Shown here piece after piece: positions 39,228 through 49,031 of a stretch of DNA of 64,000 bases. This DNA is from a virus (taxonomy: Duplodnaviria > Caudoviricetes): the IMG/VR virus record IMGVR_UViG_3300029955_000001; one strand, 5' to 3'. Both the position numbers and the translations under genes were made by a program. How positions within the stretch are numbered: the stretch's first letter is position 1; each line of letters starts with the position of its first letter. The notes under the pieces were generated by a model that saw nothing but the letters and a program-made list of their open reading frames with translations, was not told where the DNA came from and did no database searches.

Positions 39228-40238
39228 ATGCATACTACTCTTTCTGAAGAACTAATGAAGAAGCACGAAGAGTGTGAGAATCAAGATACAATGGCTATGG
39301 AAAATATTCTTTCTAGTATATCAGAAGGAATAGGCAATATTGTCAATGGCGTTAAGACTAGTATCGTTTTATCTAACGTAAGTGAAAATCAAAATTTAAG
39401 ACATGTAAAAAAACTAACGTCTAAAATTAAATATAAAAAAGCAGTAAAGAAAGATGTTCCTTTAATTGAGATACACCATTACTCAAAATGGCTAAAGTTA
39501 CATGGCCAAGTAATTAACGACGGACAAAAGATTATTCAAGAACTAGAGAGGGTGTCTGCTTTAGGACGCCTTCTGCATTCTGCTTATATTCCCGCATTAA
39601 ATAATCTGTTTGATTACATCGGTAATAAGTTTCTTAAAATAGCAAATGAAGATCAAAAAAAAGCAGTAAGTGATTTTGCCCCAACTGTAGCCATGTTCTA
39701 TCCAAAACACTTTGATAGTATTTTGAATAAGAAACGAAAAGGAGTAACAGTATTAGTTGGGGAAACAGATCGAGATGTTAAGTCAAGTGATGTCTATCTT
39801 GGCAATTGGATTGTCGTAAGTAACACGATGGATTATACAGGACATACACATGTGTTGCCCGCTATTACGGGACTAACGACGAATCCAATAAACGATATCG
39901 AACCTAGGATGTATGTAAATGCTTACACATATCCTCAGGTTTGTAAGATACTATCGTTACTGACCGAAATATTGTTAATGTTAGATACGCTAACTGACTG
40001 GCATCACTTTTCACAATCGGCTAGTAAAGTAAGTGATCTATCACGCGTATATGAACTATCTCATCGCGATTATGCTAACTATAGCGATGAAAAGAAAGCT
40101 GTTACTGTAGAAGCCGTAACGATTGCACAATCAGTATTTAGAGAACATAAAACATTAGAGATCTTTTCAAATGTAGTAAACAGATTAAGTTTTGTTATAC
40201 TCCAGGTTTGCGAAGGTTCTATTCACAGAATGGATTAA
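39228..40238 (+). CDS. Probable internal head/ejection protein, paralog A
   Basis: Paralog of the next gene; N-terminal AME cleavage-like site. Confidence 0.6.
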   Translation: MHTTLSEELMKKHEECENQDTMAMENILSSISEGIGNIVNGVKTSIVLSNVSENQNLRHVKKLTSKIKYKKAVKKDVPLIEIHHYSKWLKLHGQVINDGQKIIQELERVSALGRLLHSAYIPALNNLFDYIGNKFLKIANEDQKKAVSDFAPTVAMFYPKHFDSILNKKRKGVTVLVGETDRDVKSSDVYLGNWIVVSNTMDYTGHTHVLPAITGLTTNPINDIEPRMYVNAYTYPQVCKILSLLTEILLMLDTLTDWHHFSQSASKVSDLSRVYELSHRDYANYSDEKKAVTVEAVTIAQSVFREHKTLEIFSNVVNRLSFVILQVCEGSIHRMD

Positions 40239-40251
40239 ATAAGGAACCGCT

Positions 40252-41277
40252 ATGGATCTCAGGAAAGCTATTCAAAAACCAAAATACATTACTCTGTCGG
40301 AGCTTATCTTTTCACCACGTCCGACTGGTTTAGTAGCAGAGGTTTCAACCGAAGGTATTGTGGATAATGTTACACAGCGATTCCGTAATCTGTTTGAAAA
40401 AAGAGAAAAAGAAGTACATGAAGAAATAATTAACGGTGAACAAGTTCTTACGAAAGTAGATAACATTCGTGCAATGTTAGAAAATAAGAACGATTTACGA
40501 AATGACCCTTCTCAAGTAAGATTAGGAATATATGCTAAGTGGGTTTCTATTCACGGTGTAATTCTTGATGACGCAGATGCGGTATTAAAAGAACTGCTTA
40601 GATTAAAAGACTTAGTTGATCTTTACAATACCGCTTATATTCCCGCATTAAATAACTTATTCAATTACATCGCCGATAATGTTTTAAAACAAGCTCTAAA
40701 CAATCCAGTAGAAGCAATTGACACTTATGAACAATCCCCTGATTTCTTTCCTAAACAATTTAATCGCGTATTAAAAAGACGGCGTAAAGGCGTTGTGGGC
40801 GGAAACGTTACGGATGTAAAAGGAAGTGATAACTACATTGGAGATTGGTATATTGGGTCTATTTCAGATAGTTCGAATTTAGCAAAATGTACGTTAGATA
40901 TTTCACTTCACTATGATCTTACAGTTAAAAAGATTAAGGAAGCACATCTTCAACCATATTCAAAAGAAGAGATTGAAAGTATTCTTGCTGTGGTTAGTGA
41001 GATAGCAAAATCAACAATCAGTGTTTCGCAATATAGTAAATCAGACGATAGCTTCAAAAAGGTTTATCATGACATTGCCGAGTTAGAAAAGAAATATACT
41101 CGATGGGATAGTCAAGGTAAAAGGACAATAGAAGAGAAAGCAGTGCACGATTGCGTGATGATTGCGCATACAGCATTTTGGGAAGTAGAAGAATTTATAG
41201 CGGATACAGCTGTGTTTAACCACATCTGTCGTGTGGTATTGAAGATTTGTGAACACTCCATTCACCGCATGGTTTAA
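40252..41277 (+). CDS. Probable internal head/ejection protein, paralog B
   Basis: Shares YIPALNNLF.YI and DVK.SD.Y.G.W with paralog A; STE-GI cleavage-like site. Confidence 0.6.
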   Translation: MDLRKAIQKPKYITLSELIFSPRPTGLVAEVSTEGIVDNVTQRFRNLFEKREKEVHEEIINGEQVLTKVDNIRAMLENKNDLRNDPSQVRLGIYAKWVSIHGVILDDADAVLKELLRLKDLVDLYNTAYIPALNNLFNYIADNVLKQALNNPVEAIDTYEQSPDFFPKQFNRVLKRRRKGVVGGNVTDVKGSDNYIGDWYIGSISDSSNLAKCTLDISLHYDLTVKKIKEAHLQPYSKEEIESILAVVSEIAKSTISVSQYSKSDDSFKKVYHDIAELEKKYTRWDSQGKRTIEEKAVHDCVMIAHTAFWEVEEFIADTAVFNHICRVVLKICEHSIHRMV

Positions 41278-41295
41278 ATAAATTAGGAGCACGTT

Positions 41296-43317
41296 ATGTT
41301 TGGCATAGGCGCAAAGTTGCGAAGAATGGTAGGTAGCATTAAGATACGGGCATCTGGCGATATTATAAAAATAGATGGTCTCCCAGCCGATGTTATTAAT
41401 AATAGTATTAAAGAATATTGGGAATCAAAACAGATCGGCACGTGGATGTTTAACACAATCACTAGCGATAGTTTAAGTTTCCATAGTTTCTTTCTACCTG
41501 ATTTCGCGTACGTCATTAACACGCTTATTTTAGAAAATAAAGGGCAGCGAAATATCCGTGCTTTAAGAAAACTGTATGCTGATCTATTTACGAATACTTG
41601 GTTAGGGGAAACCGTAAAAGACTATCCAAATATTTTAAATTTACATAATCTAAATAGATTGAATATAACTCTGCTTGATAAGCAGATGGAGTTTTTAAAA
41701 ACTTATAATGAGTTAGTGCCGAAGTGGAGACTGCAAGGTTTTGCTTTAGGTGCAAAACCTGGTGTGGGTAAGACCCTCTGTTGTGTTGCGTTGGGCGAAT
41801 GTTTAGATGCTGATGTTAAAATTTTCATTGTGCCTAAGAACGCAGTAAGAAGTGTGTGGGTAGATACTCTAAAAACACGTCTAGTGAAACCTCCTGAAGT
41901 ATGGGATTCCTTAATGGGAACACTCCCTCCAAAAGGTTTAAGCTATTATATTTTTCACTATGACGCTTTAGATAAAGCCATTGAATTTGCAAAGACTGCC
42001 CGTTGTAGTAAACCTTTTATTGCGTTAGATGAATCCCATAATTTTAATGAATGGACTTCTAATCGAACCCAAGCATTTATTAAGCTTTGCCAGATAACGA
42101 AATGTCAACATGTTGTTTGGTCATCCGGTACTTTAGTTAAAGCAATTGGTAAAGAAGTGATGCCTTTATTAACCACGATCGATGTAATGTTTACATCTGA
42201 TGTAGCAGAACGCTTTAAGAAAATTTATGGCATGAATGCTTCTCGCGCAGCAGATATTTTAAGACATCGTTTAGGACTTGTTACGTTTAAAGCTGAACGT
42301 GCTGACGACGTAGAAAAAGCAATTGAACGCGAAATAAAGATTAAGATTCCAAATGGAAACGATTATACATTAGAATCTATTCGCGTATTGATGTCAGATT
42401 ACATTAAGAAACAGTTAGCGTATTATCAGGCTAATATGGCTCAATTTACTAGGCATTATAATTATTGCTTGGATGTGTTTGAGAAAACACTAAAGACACC
42501 AGAACAACATCAAGAATTAAAGACTTATAAACGATATGTTAAACAGATTCAAAGAGAATATGATCCTGTCCTCATGAAAGAACAAGTGTTGTTTTGTAAT
42601 AAATACGAACTAACACAAATTGTTCCGGCTTTACAAAACGATTTAAAAAATGAGTTTAAGAATCTACGTTCTATTGTTAAATATTATTTCTTAAAAGTAC
42701 AAGGTGAAGCTTTAGGAAGAGTATTTGGTAAGATGCGGATGCAGTGTAATCTAGACATGGTAAAATATACCAAGATGGAAGACGTTATTGAAGCTGCTGT
42801 GAAGAAGACTTTAGTATTCACAAGTTATGTAGAAGTGGTGGATGAAACTTATAAATACCTTACTGATTTAGGTTTTAAACCACTACGTGTTTACGGTGCT
42901 ACAAATAACGATCTTACTAGCATTCTGAATGATTTCAAAAACGATCCAGATGCAAATCCTGTTATTGCAACGTTTCAATCATTATCTACCGCTGTGCCGA
43001 TGATTGAGGCTAATACAGAGATTTTTTTGAACAGTCCGTTTAGACCGCACGAACGCGAGCAAACCATAGCTCGCGTGGACCGGCGTGGGCAAGATACTCA
43101 ATGTAGAATTTTTGATTATTTTTTAGACACTGGAGATCAGCCAAATATTTCTACTCGTTCTAAAGATATCATGAAGATGGCTGAAGAAATGGTAGATGCA
43201 ATATTAGGTGGTCCAAATCCGCATCTATCTGATCATGTGGCTGCTGAAAGTTTAACGGACTATCTCGAAGGAGCAAATTCTGTTTCACTTGTTCCTCAAT
43301 ATGTAAACTGGACATAA
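41296..43317 (+). CDS. SF2 (SNF2/DExH-like) helicase, probably virion-associated
   Basis: GAKPGVGKT, LDESH, SGT and Q.IARVDRRGQ motifs; C-terminal AAE-S site. Confidence 0.85.
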   Translation: MFGIGAKLRRMVGSIKIRASGDIIKIDGLPADVINNSIKEYWESKQIGTWMFNTITSDSLSFHSFFLPDFAYVINTLILENKGQRNIRALRKLYADLFTNTWLGETVKDYPNILNLHNLNRLNITLLDKQMEFLKTYNELVPKWRLQGFALGAKPGVGKTLCCVALGECLDADVKIFIVPKNAVRSVWVDTLKTRLVKPPEVWDSLMGTLPPKGLSYYIFHYDALDKAIEFAKTARCSKPFIALDESHNFNEWTSNRTQAFIKLCQITKCQHVVWSSGTLVKAIGKEVMPLLTTIDVMFTSDVAERFKKIYGMNASRAADILRHRLGLVTFKAERADDVEKAIEREIKIKIPNGNDYTLESIRVLMSDYIKKQLAYYQANMAQFTRHYNYCLDVFEKTLKTPEQHQELKTYKRYVKQIQREYDPVLMKEQVLFCNKYELTQIVPALQNDLKNEFKNLRSIVKYYFLKVQGEALGRVFGKMRMQCNLDMVKYTKMEDVIEAAVKKTLVFTSYVEVVDETYKYLTDLGFKPLRVYGATNNDLTSILNDFKNDPDANPVIATFQSLSTAVPMIEANTEIFLNSPFRPHEREQTIARVDRRGQDTQCRIFDYFLDTGDQPNISTRSKDIMKMAEEMVDAILGGPNPHLSDHVAAESLTDYLEGANSVSLVPQYVNWT

Positions 43318-43320
43318 ATC

Positions 43321-43626
43321 ATGCATAAGTTATTAGTTGATAATGCCGTAGAAGTATGTCGTAAACGAAAACAAGAAGGAGACTGTATAATTACTCCTTC
43401 TTTATCAATTGGTCTCTACGAAGAAGCAATAGTTACTATGGCGGCTGAACTAGAGGAACTACGTGATTCAAGCACTTTGCCAAAAGGATGGCGCTGGTTA
43501 GAACTAGGCGAAGAAACTAACTATGGAGATTTTTGTTGTGACCCACGTGCAGCGCCTGTTAGAATTACTGAAGGCACTTTGATTATGAATGAACGCAATC
43601 ACCCAGTTCGTAGAAGGAGTACATAA
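43321..43626 (+). CDS. Hypothetical protein
   Basis: ORF in operon. Confidence 0.65.
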   Translation: MHKLLVDNAVEVCRKRKQEGDCIITPSLSIGLYEEAIVTMAAELEELRDSSTLPKGWRWLELGEETNYGDFCCDPRAAPVRITEGTLIMNERNHPVRRRST

Positions 43627-43955
43627 TGAAAAAAGCAACAATAGCTCCAGCTTATGTTGCTTTATTTGCTGGATTGTCAGATGTGGCTCAGAAACACGGC
43701 TATGCTTTAGCTGCTCATGGAAGTTTAGTAACTGATTTTGATATTGTTGCTGTTCCATGGACACCAGGTGCTGTAAGTGCAGAAGAGTTAGTAACTGCTA
43801 TAGCAAAACATCTTACTGTCTGTTCTGAAAAAGTTCTACCAGGACTTTCAGAACCTGAAGTAAAGCCACATGGTCGTCTAGCATGGTTAATTCCTCTGAA
43901 GTGGGGCGCGATAGATATTAGTGTAATACCTAGAGTAATTGCGGAGTTGACATAA
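43626..43955 (+). CDS. Putative minimal nucleotidyltransferase-like phage protein
   Basis: GYALAAHGSLVTDFDIVAVPW (hGS..DxD motif). Confidence 0.5.
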   Translation: MKKATIAPAYVALFAGLSDVAQKHGYALAAHGSLVTDFDIVAVPWTPGAVSAEELVTAIAKHLTVCSEKVLPGLSEPEVKPHGRLAWLIPLKWGAIDISVIPRVIAELT

Positions 43956-44309
43956 TGACTGACATTAAGTACTTTATACTTGTTAATATATTTCACAATA
44001 ACATAATAGACGCTATAAATAGTAGCATCGAATTAGGTAGTATTCTATTTATGTGTTTAAGTGTAAGAAGAATTCTTATTGATAAGCAAGTAAAAGGTGT
44101 TAGTATTTTTCAGCTACATGGGGATGGGTTATGGTGCGTGGTTTGCTTACTTTTGCGGTGCAGTAAACCAGCCAATATCTTACAGACTAAGTAGTTTTTA
44201 CGTACTAGTAAATCTAGTGTGGCTTGTGTTATTTTTCTGTTATAAGCCACAATCAAAATTTACTAAATACATATTGTCTTTGATAAAAATTAATCCTGCT
44301 AAGGAGTAA
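43955..44309 (+). pseudogene. PQ-loop/SemiSWEET-like 3-TM membrane protein split by a +1 frameshift
   Basis: Shortening T5 (44106-44110) to T4 joins ...DKQVKGVSIF to SYMGMGYGAWFAYF...NLVWLVLFF. Confidence 0.6.
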
Positions 44310-44315
44310 TAAAAA

Positions 44316-45257
44316 ATGAGTTTATTTAGGAAAGTTGTTAATGACGTGTGTACTGGCATAGATGGTGTTTCTGTAGACCCTGCCAGATTGATTGGTTATG
44401 GTTTTGTTCTTGTAGCTGCCAATGTTTGGTTAGGCGCTACTGTTTACGAGATTTGGAAAACTGGTCATTTTGATGGTACTAACTTTGCAATCAGCTTAGC
44501 GGGCGTTGCTACTGCGTTAATGGCCGCTGCTGGTGGAGTAGCCTTTAAGAGTTCTACGGAGCCTACAGCCGTTTCTACGCCATCTGTAACACCTCCAACT
44601 ACAGCTGCTACCACTCCTGCTAAACCTGATGCTGATTCGGACGATAATGTAGCGGCTGGTATTCCTGCGCCTAGTCCAGCCGCTACTACAACACCCTCAG
44701 GCGTACAAACAGGAATACTCAGTAATCCTTCAGGTATTGATAATACATTAATATCTAGTCCGACCGCTACTTCTCTTACAGCACAAACAGTTGACACTAG
44801 TCTTACTCTTCAAAATAGTGACGGTCAACAAAAAGCAGTATTAATCCCGCAATTTTCTTTTGCAAAAGATACAAATAAATCTGCTATTATTAATCCTTAT
44901 CCGCAAGACCTAAGAGAAGGAATAAGAGACACTAGCGAATCGTCAGATTCTGAACGTTTAATATACGCTAATCAAGTTCCGTTATTCTCTATTGTTTGGA
45001 CAACAGCCGGTAAACTAATAACAGCGGAAGATGTTGTTGAAACATCTACTCCTGTTCCATTGCCGGTTATCGGTGTAATTGATTTGGTGGATGATTCTGT
45101 TGCGTCGGTAATCACTAGTACTAGTTACCCTAAACCACGTCCCGTATTTCCACAAAGTAGATTAGTGACAGATAATAACGAAGTTACAGAAAAGCCACAT
45201 AAACGTCCTGTTATAAAAGGTGGTACTATTATACCAGATAAAGTTTTAAAGAAATAA
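44316..45257 (+). CDS. Holin-like 2-TM N-terminal domain fused to a long Pro/Thr/Ser-rich tail
   Basis: TG.DG.S.DP.R..G motif, two TM helices ending K..TEP, then ~220 aa of low complexity. Confidence 0.55.
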   Translation: MSLFRKVVNDVCTGIDGVSVDPARLIGYGFVLVAANVWLGATVYEIWKTGHFDGTNFAISLAGVATALMAAAGGVAFKSSTEPTAVSTPSVTPPTTAATTPAKPDADSDDNVAAGIPAPSPAATTTPSGVQTGILSNPSGIDNTLISSPTATSLTAQTVDTSLTLQNSDGQQKAVLIPQFSFAKDTNKSAIINPYPQDLREGIRDTSESSDSERLIYANQVPLFSIVWTTAGKLITAEDVVETSTPVPLPVIGVIDLVDDSVASVITSTSYPKPRPVFPQSRLVTDNNEVTEKPHKRPVIKGGTIIPDKVLKK

Positions 45258-45308
45258 CCCTAAATAATTTGATACGTTTATCAAACACTACAGTTATTGG
45301 AATATAAA

Positions 45309-46703
45309 ATGAGCGCACCTGACACCGCATTAGAAACTGAAAAAATCCCAATGGTAATTAAGATCGATAATTCGTTTAGCCCAGAACCACTGACAGAATT
45401 TGAAGGTGATGTTGCTTCTACTGGAGCAGAACAAGAAGAATTAACATACGACAAACAAGAAATATCTGTTGTTGCTGAATCGCTTTCAGTATACGCGGAT
45501 GAACTGGCACATTTGATTCAGTCGAAAACAGGTACTGCTGACACACTGAGTTTGATTCGTTTCGGTGCTCAGCAACAACTTAATCGTGTGGATTTCAGAT
45601 TACCATCTATTGGTTTGGAGAGCGCTGATCTTGATATATTTCAGCAACATCAAATAGTGTTAGAAGGTATTAAAGAGTTTCTTTCAAAACTAAGAGACTA
45701 CTCCAATAAAATCAGGAAACATTGGAAAGATATTCTGCAAGATACTTTCACAACAACGCAGGGTATGATTGGCAAGTACGAAAGTGTGTTGGCTACATCT
45801 AAACAGACTTTTGATTCCGCTAAAGATTCGTTTAAAGGACATGAACATACTGCTAGCTTAACAGAACTTTGGTATCACTTCTCTACTGGAAAAGGAGAAG
45901 TAAAAAATATCATTGAAGCAATCAAAAAAGATTTAGAATTATCTAAATATGTTCTTACTATCTATCCTGCGAAGATTATGCAAGTGCAAGATCGATTTAG
46001 TAATGCGTTTGCTGGTGCACAGGGTGTCGAGCCAACTACTGTAGCTGCAATTGCGAAAAAATTAGAAGCTGTTCCTGTGCCAGCTGATCTTTTTGATAAT
46101 CGTTTCTTAGAAGAAGGAAAGCCATATCTGAGTGTTACTGGTTTAGAAACAAAAACTGGGTCTGTACGTAATCCATTAAGTATCGGGGAAACTGGTAAAG
46201 CATTTGATAGGCTTGCTAGATTAGCATCAACAAAATATGTAATAGAAGCTGGTAGTCTGAAACATAGTGGAAAGAAAGTGTTACGGCAATTAGGCGGTGA
46301 ATTTGCTGGTGTTTCGATGGGTGCTGATGTTAAGTTAAGTACAAATGAAATTGGCATGGTGCTTAAGTTCGGTCAGCAATACATTAACAATGTCAAACAG
46401 TATCTGGGATTGATTTCAAACTTCAAGCCGTATGAAGGACATTTTTATACATGGTTAGATTCAATCATGTCTTCTGGTAATTATGAAAAATTATCTAATG
46501 AAGTTCAGGATCTGATCGATCAGTTTGAAATGGTAGATTTCAATATCTGGAGATGTTTCACTAGCCCAGCAAGATCTGAAATTGCTCGTTCGTTGAAAGG
46601 CGCTAAGTACTGTGCTTATCTTGCTCAACGAATGACTAAGCATGCGGGATCTACACCAACTCCAACGCCAGCTGTTGAACCAACTGAAACACCTACTGAA
46701 TAA
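45309..46703 (+). CDS. Internal head protein (phiKZ inner-body family-like)
   Basis: Acidic propeptide with ALE, VAE, GLE-S and VLE-GIKEF sites typical of processed head proteins. Confidence 0.7.
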   Translation: MSAPDTALETEKIPMVIKIDNSFSPEPLTEFEGDVASTGAEQEELTYDKQEISVVAESLSVYADELAHLIQSKTGTADTLSLIRFGAQQQLNRVDFRLPSIGLESADLDIFQQHQIVLEGIKEFLSKLRDYSNKIRKHWKDILQDTFTTTQGMIGKYESVLATSKQTFDSAKDSFKGHEHTASLTELWYHFSTGKGEVKNIIEAIKKDLELSKYVLTIYPAKIMQVQDRFSNAFAGAQGVEPTTVAAIAKKLEAVPVPADLFDNRFLEEGKPYLSVTGLETKTGSVRNPLSIGETGKAFDRLARLASTKYVIEAGSLKHSGKKVLRQLGGEFAGVSMGADVKLSTNEIGMVLKFGQQYINNVKQYLGLISNFKPYEGHFYTWLDSIMSSGNYEKLSNEVQDLIDQFEMVDFNIWRCFTSPARSEIARSLKGAKYCAYLAQRMTKHAGSTPTPTPAVEPTETPTE

Positions 46704-46719
46704 ACAAAAAAAATAGGTA

Positions 46720-46757
46720 AGTAGACGTGAGGGTTTTACCCTCACGTCTATATGCCG
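46720..46757. terminator. Bidirectional hairpin: T-tract on minus strand, TATGCCG on plus strand
   Basis: tagacgtgaggg/ccctcacgtcta stem; TATGCCG at 46751-46757. Confidence 0.8.
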
Positions 46758-46963
46758 CTTACGATTAAGATTTGTTAGACGGCGTCTTAACCAAACCGGC
46801 GCGTTCAAGATTAACAATCTCTTGATATTCAGCATCCGCATTTATTTTGCGAGCAATAGATTGCAAAACTTCAAATGCAGCTACCGACAGGAACGTGGCC
46901 AAACATATTCCCGATACTTTTACCATTGCGTTCATGTTTTATTCCTATTTATGTTATTGGTTA

Positions 46964-47674
46964 TTAACGATATGCAACCGTGTGATATTGCGCTGGTGCG
47001 TACAACACGTGCGGCTGCGTATAAACAGTGCGTGCTGGTTGTGCTGCTCGATACCGATACATGACTCTCAGCGGCGTATAGCCAGGCCTATTGACATAAT
47101 AGACAGTAGGCTTTAGACCAAGTGGATCGCCGTCGCTGTATGTAGGAGCAGCAGGCTTTGCTTCCTGTTGTTCTTTCTGCTCCTGTGACGCTTCGTCAGG
47201 TGTTAGTTCTTCTTCACCCTTTGATAGAGATTCAGGGACAGTGACCGGCAACACTGTGTGATTATCAGACGCTGCTGGTTTTTCTTGTTGCGCTGGAACA
47301 GTTAGTTGTGGAGCTACGTTGTAAGGTTGGCCCCTGTAAGTATTCGGCGACACATACGCTTGCGGGGCAGGTAGGTATCGATAAACCGGCTGTTGTTGAG
47401 GTTGTTGAGCAACAGCCAATTGAGCTTTCAGGTGAGCAATCTTTTCCGCCTGAAAGGTTTCAATCGTGTGTGCCATTAGTTGCTGTTGTGCGGCTTGTTG
47501 GTGCGAAAGCATCTGTTGTTGCATTAGTGCTTTGTAGGCCGTCGCTTCATCGATTTCGTCAGCGCTAGCCCGCTGACAGAACGCAGCAATACCAACCACT
47601 ACGATCGCCACGGTAATGAATAGCTTCGCACAGGCTACATTCAGCGCGTGCAAGTCTTTAGAAATTACACTCAT
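46964..47674 (-). CDS. Exported or membrane-anchored Gln/Pro/Tyr-rich protein
   Basis: AGGAG RBS; signal-like TM ending ASA-DE; low-complexity body. Confidence 0.65.
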   Translation of the reverse strand: MSVISKDLHALNVACAKLFITVAIVVVGIAAFCQRASADEIDEATAYKALMQQQMLSHQQAAQQQLMAHTIETFQAEKIAHLKAQLAVAQQPQQQPVYRYLPAPQAYVSPNTYRGQPYNVAPQLTVPAQQEKPAASDNHTVLPVTVPESLSKGEEELTPDEASQEQKEQQEAKPAAPTYSDGDPLGLKPTVYYVNRPGYTPLRVMYRYRAAQPARTVYTQPHVLYAPAQYHTVAYR

Positions 47675-47705
47675 GATATTTCTCCTGAATAATTAAAAAA
47701 TTGTA

Positions 47706-47990
47706 TTACGAATTTACCACTACACGATGAGCAGCCATCCATTCTTCTTTGCTGATGATTACTGTGCATTCGCAGCAACCAAAAGATAGCTTGGCAGCGA
47801 TTTCATCAGACCCAGCTACTGGCGAGACACCGATTAATTCAACGTAACCATCACGTTGCGTGTTCGTTGCCAACTGGAGTGCAATCTTTGTTAGCTTGTG
47901 TTCGACTTCTTGAAAATCCATCCACGTCAGGGTTTCATCAGCCAATGATTGCGTCCAACGCTGTGCCGCTACTTGATTCATCCTAAGCAT
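47706..47990 (-). CDS. Hypothetical protein
   Basis: AAGGAG RBS; directly downstream of tandem promoters. Confidence 0.7.
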   Translation of the reverse strand: MLRMNQVAAQRWTQSLADETLTWMDFQEVEHKLTKIALQLATNTQRDGYVELIGVSPVAGSDEIAAKLSFGCCECTVIISKEEWMAAHRVVVNS

Positions 47991-48017
47991 TTAAATCTCC
48001 TTGAGTTGTCAATGTTC

Positions 48018-48059
48018 GAGATATATACTCAAACTCACCGAAGTTATATATGTCTGAAA
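48018..48059 (-). promoter_or_regulatory. Tandem early-type promoters
   Basis: Minus-strand TTTCAGACATATATAAC (48043-48059) and TTTGAGTATATATCTC (about 48018-48033). Confidence 0.6.
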
Positions 48060-48083
48060 AAATCTGGAATACAACTTTTATGT

Positions 48084-48902
48084 TTATAGACTATATTTGT
48101 AGCTTTTCGTTTGCGCCAAGGTAAATCCCATTTCCTTGGCTACTTCTAAACACATAGCTTGATTGCGAATATAACGTAGCGCGAAACTGTTTTCTGAAAC
48201 AGCAGCTAAACAAATTTCTTTTGTTTGAATTTTCGCATGTCTAAAAGTATGTACGTTAGCTTCAACAGCAATAGAACACATGTTTAATGTTTGCCTATCA
48301 ATGTATTCCAGTACGCTCGGTGCGTTTTCAATTGCTGTAAGACAAATCTCTTCAGTTTTATCCCTAACGTAACGGAATGAAGAGTAGTCCTTCGATAGAG
48401 CAAACATGATTAATTCTTTAGTCTGATCTTCGACATACTTCAAAGCATCTGGATTTTGATTTAAGGCTTCGTAACAAATCTTCTCAGTCTTATCCTTGAC
48501 ATGTTTTAGAAACAAACCATTTTGTCTAACTGCTTCCAGACATATTTCTTCTGTTTGGAATTCAGCATATAGGAAGGCGTGATAATCTGTCTGAACTGCT
48601 ATAAGACAAATCTTCTCCGTTTGTGTCTCTACAAATTCAATAGCGAGATAATTTTGTCTTATTGCTTTGATGCATTGTCTTTCAGTTTGGTCGACTACAA
48701 ACTCTAAAGCCAACCCATTTTGATGTAATGCCGTACTGATTATTTTTTTAGTTTTATGTTCAACAAATTCTAAAGCTAACCCGCATTCCTTAACAGCAAG
48801 CAAACATATATCTTCTGTTTGATTTTTAATACGCTGCAATATCATTCCGTTGTTAACAACAAGAAACATAGATTGTAAGTCGCTTACCATTTTTAAGAAC
48901 AT
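48084..48902 (-). CDS. DUF4116-like tandem helical repeat protein
   Basis: About nine 24-aa repeats QTE.ICL.AV.QNG.AL..V. Confidence 0.85.
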   Translation of the reverse strand: MFLKMVSDLQSMFLVVNNGMILQRIKNQTEDICLLAVKECGLALEFVEHKTKKIISTALHQNGLALEFVVDQTERQCIKAIRQNYLAIEFVETQTEKICLIAVQTDYHAFLYAEFQTEEICLEAVRQNGLFLKHVKDKTEKICYEALNQNPDALKYVEDQTKELIMFALSKDYSSFRYVRDKTEEICLTAIENAPSVLEYIDRQTLNMCSIAVEANVHTFRHAKIQTKEICLAAVSENSFALRYIRNQAMCLEVAKEMGFTLAQTKSYKYSL

Positions 48903-49031
48903 TTAATTTCTCCTTTATGAAATTATAATTCAATATAAACAACATAAAACAATATTTATTTCACATACAAAACTAACATAGTCTGCATGTGAAATAAATA
49001 TCAGTACAGTGCAGATATCATAAATCGATAT

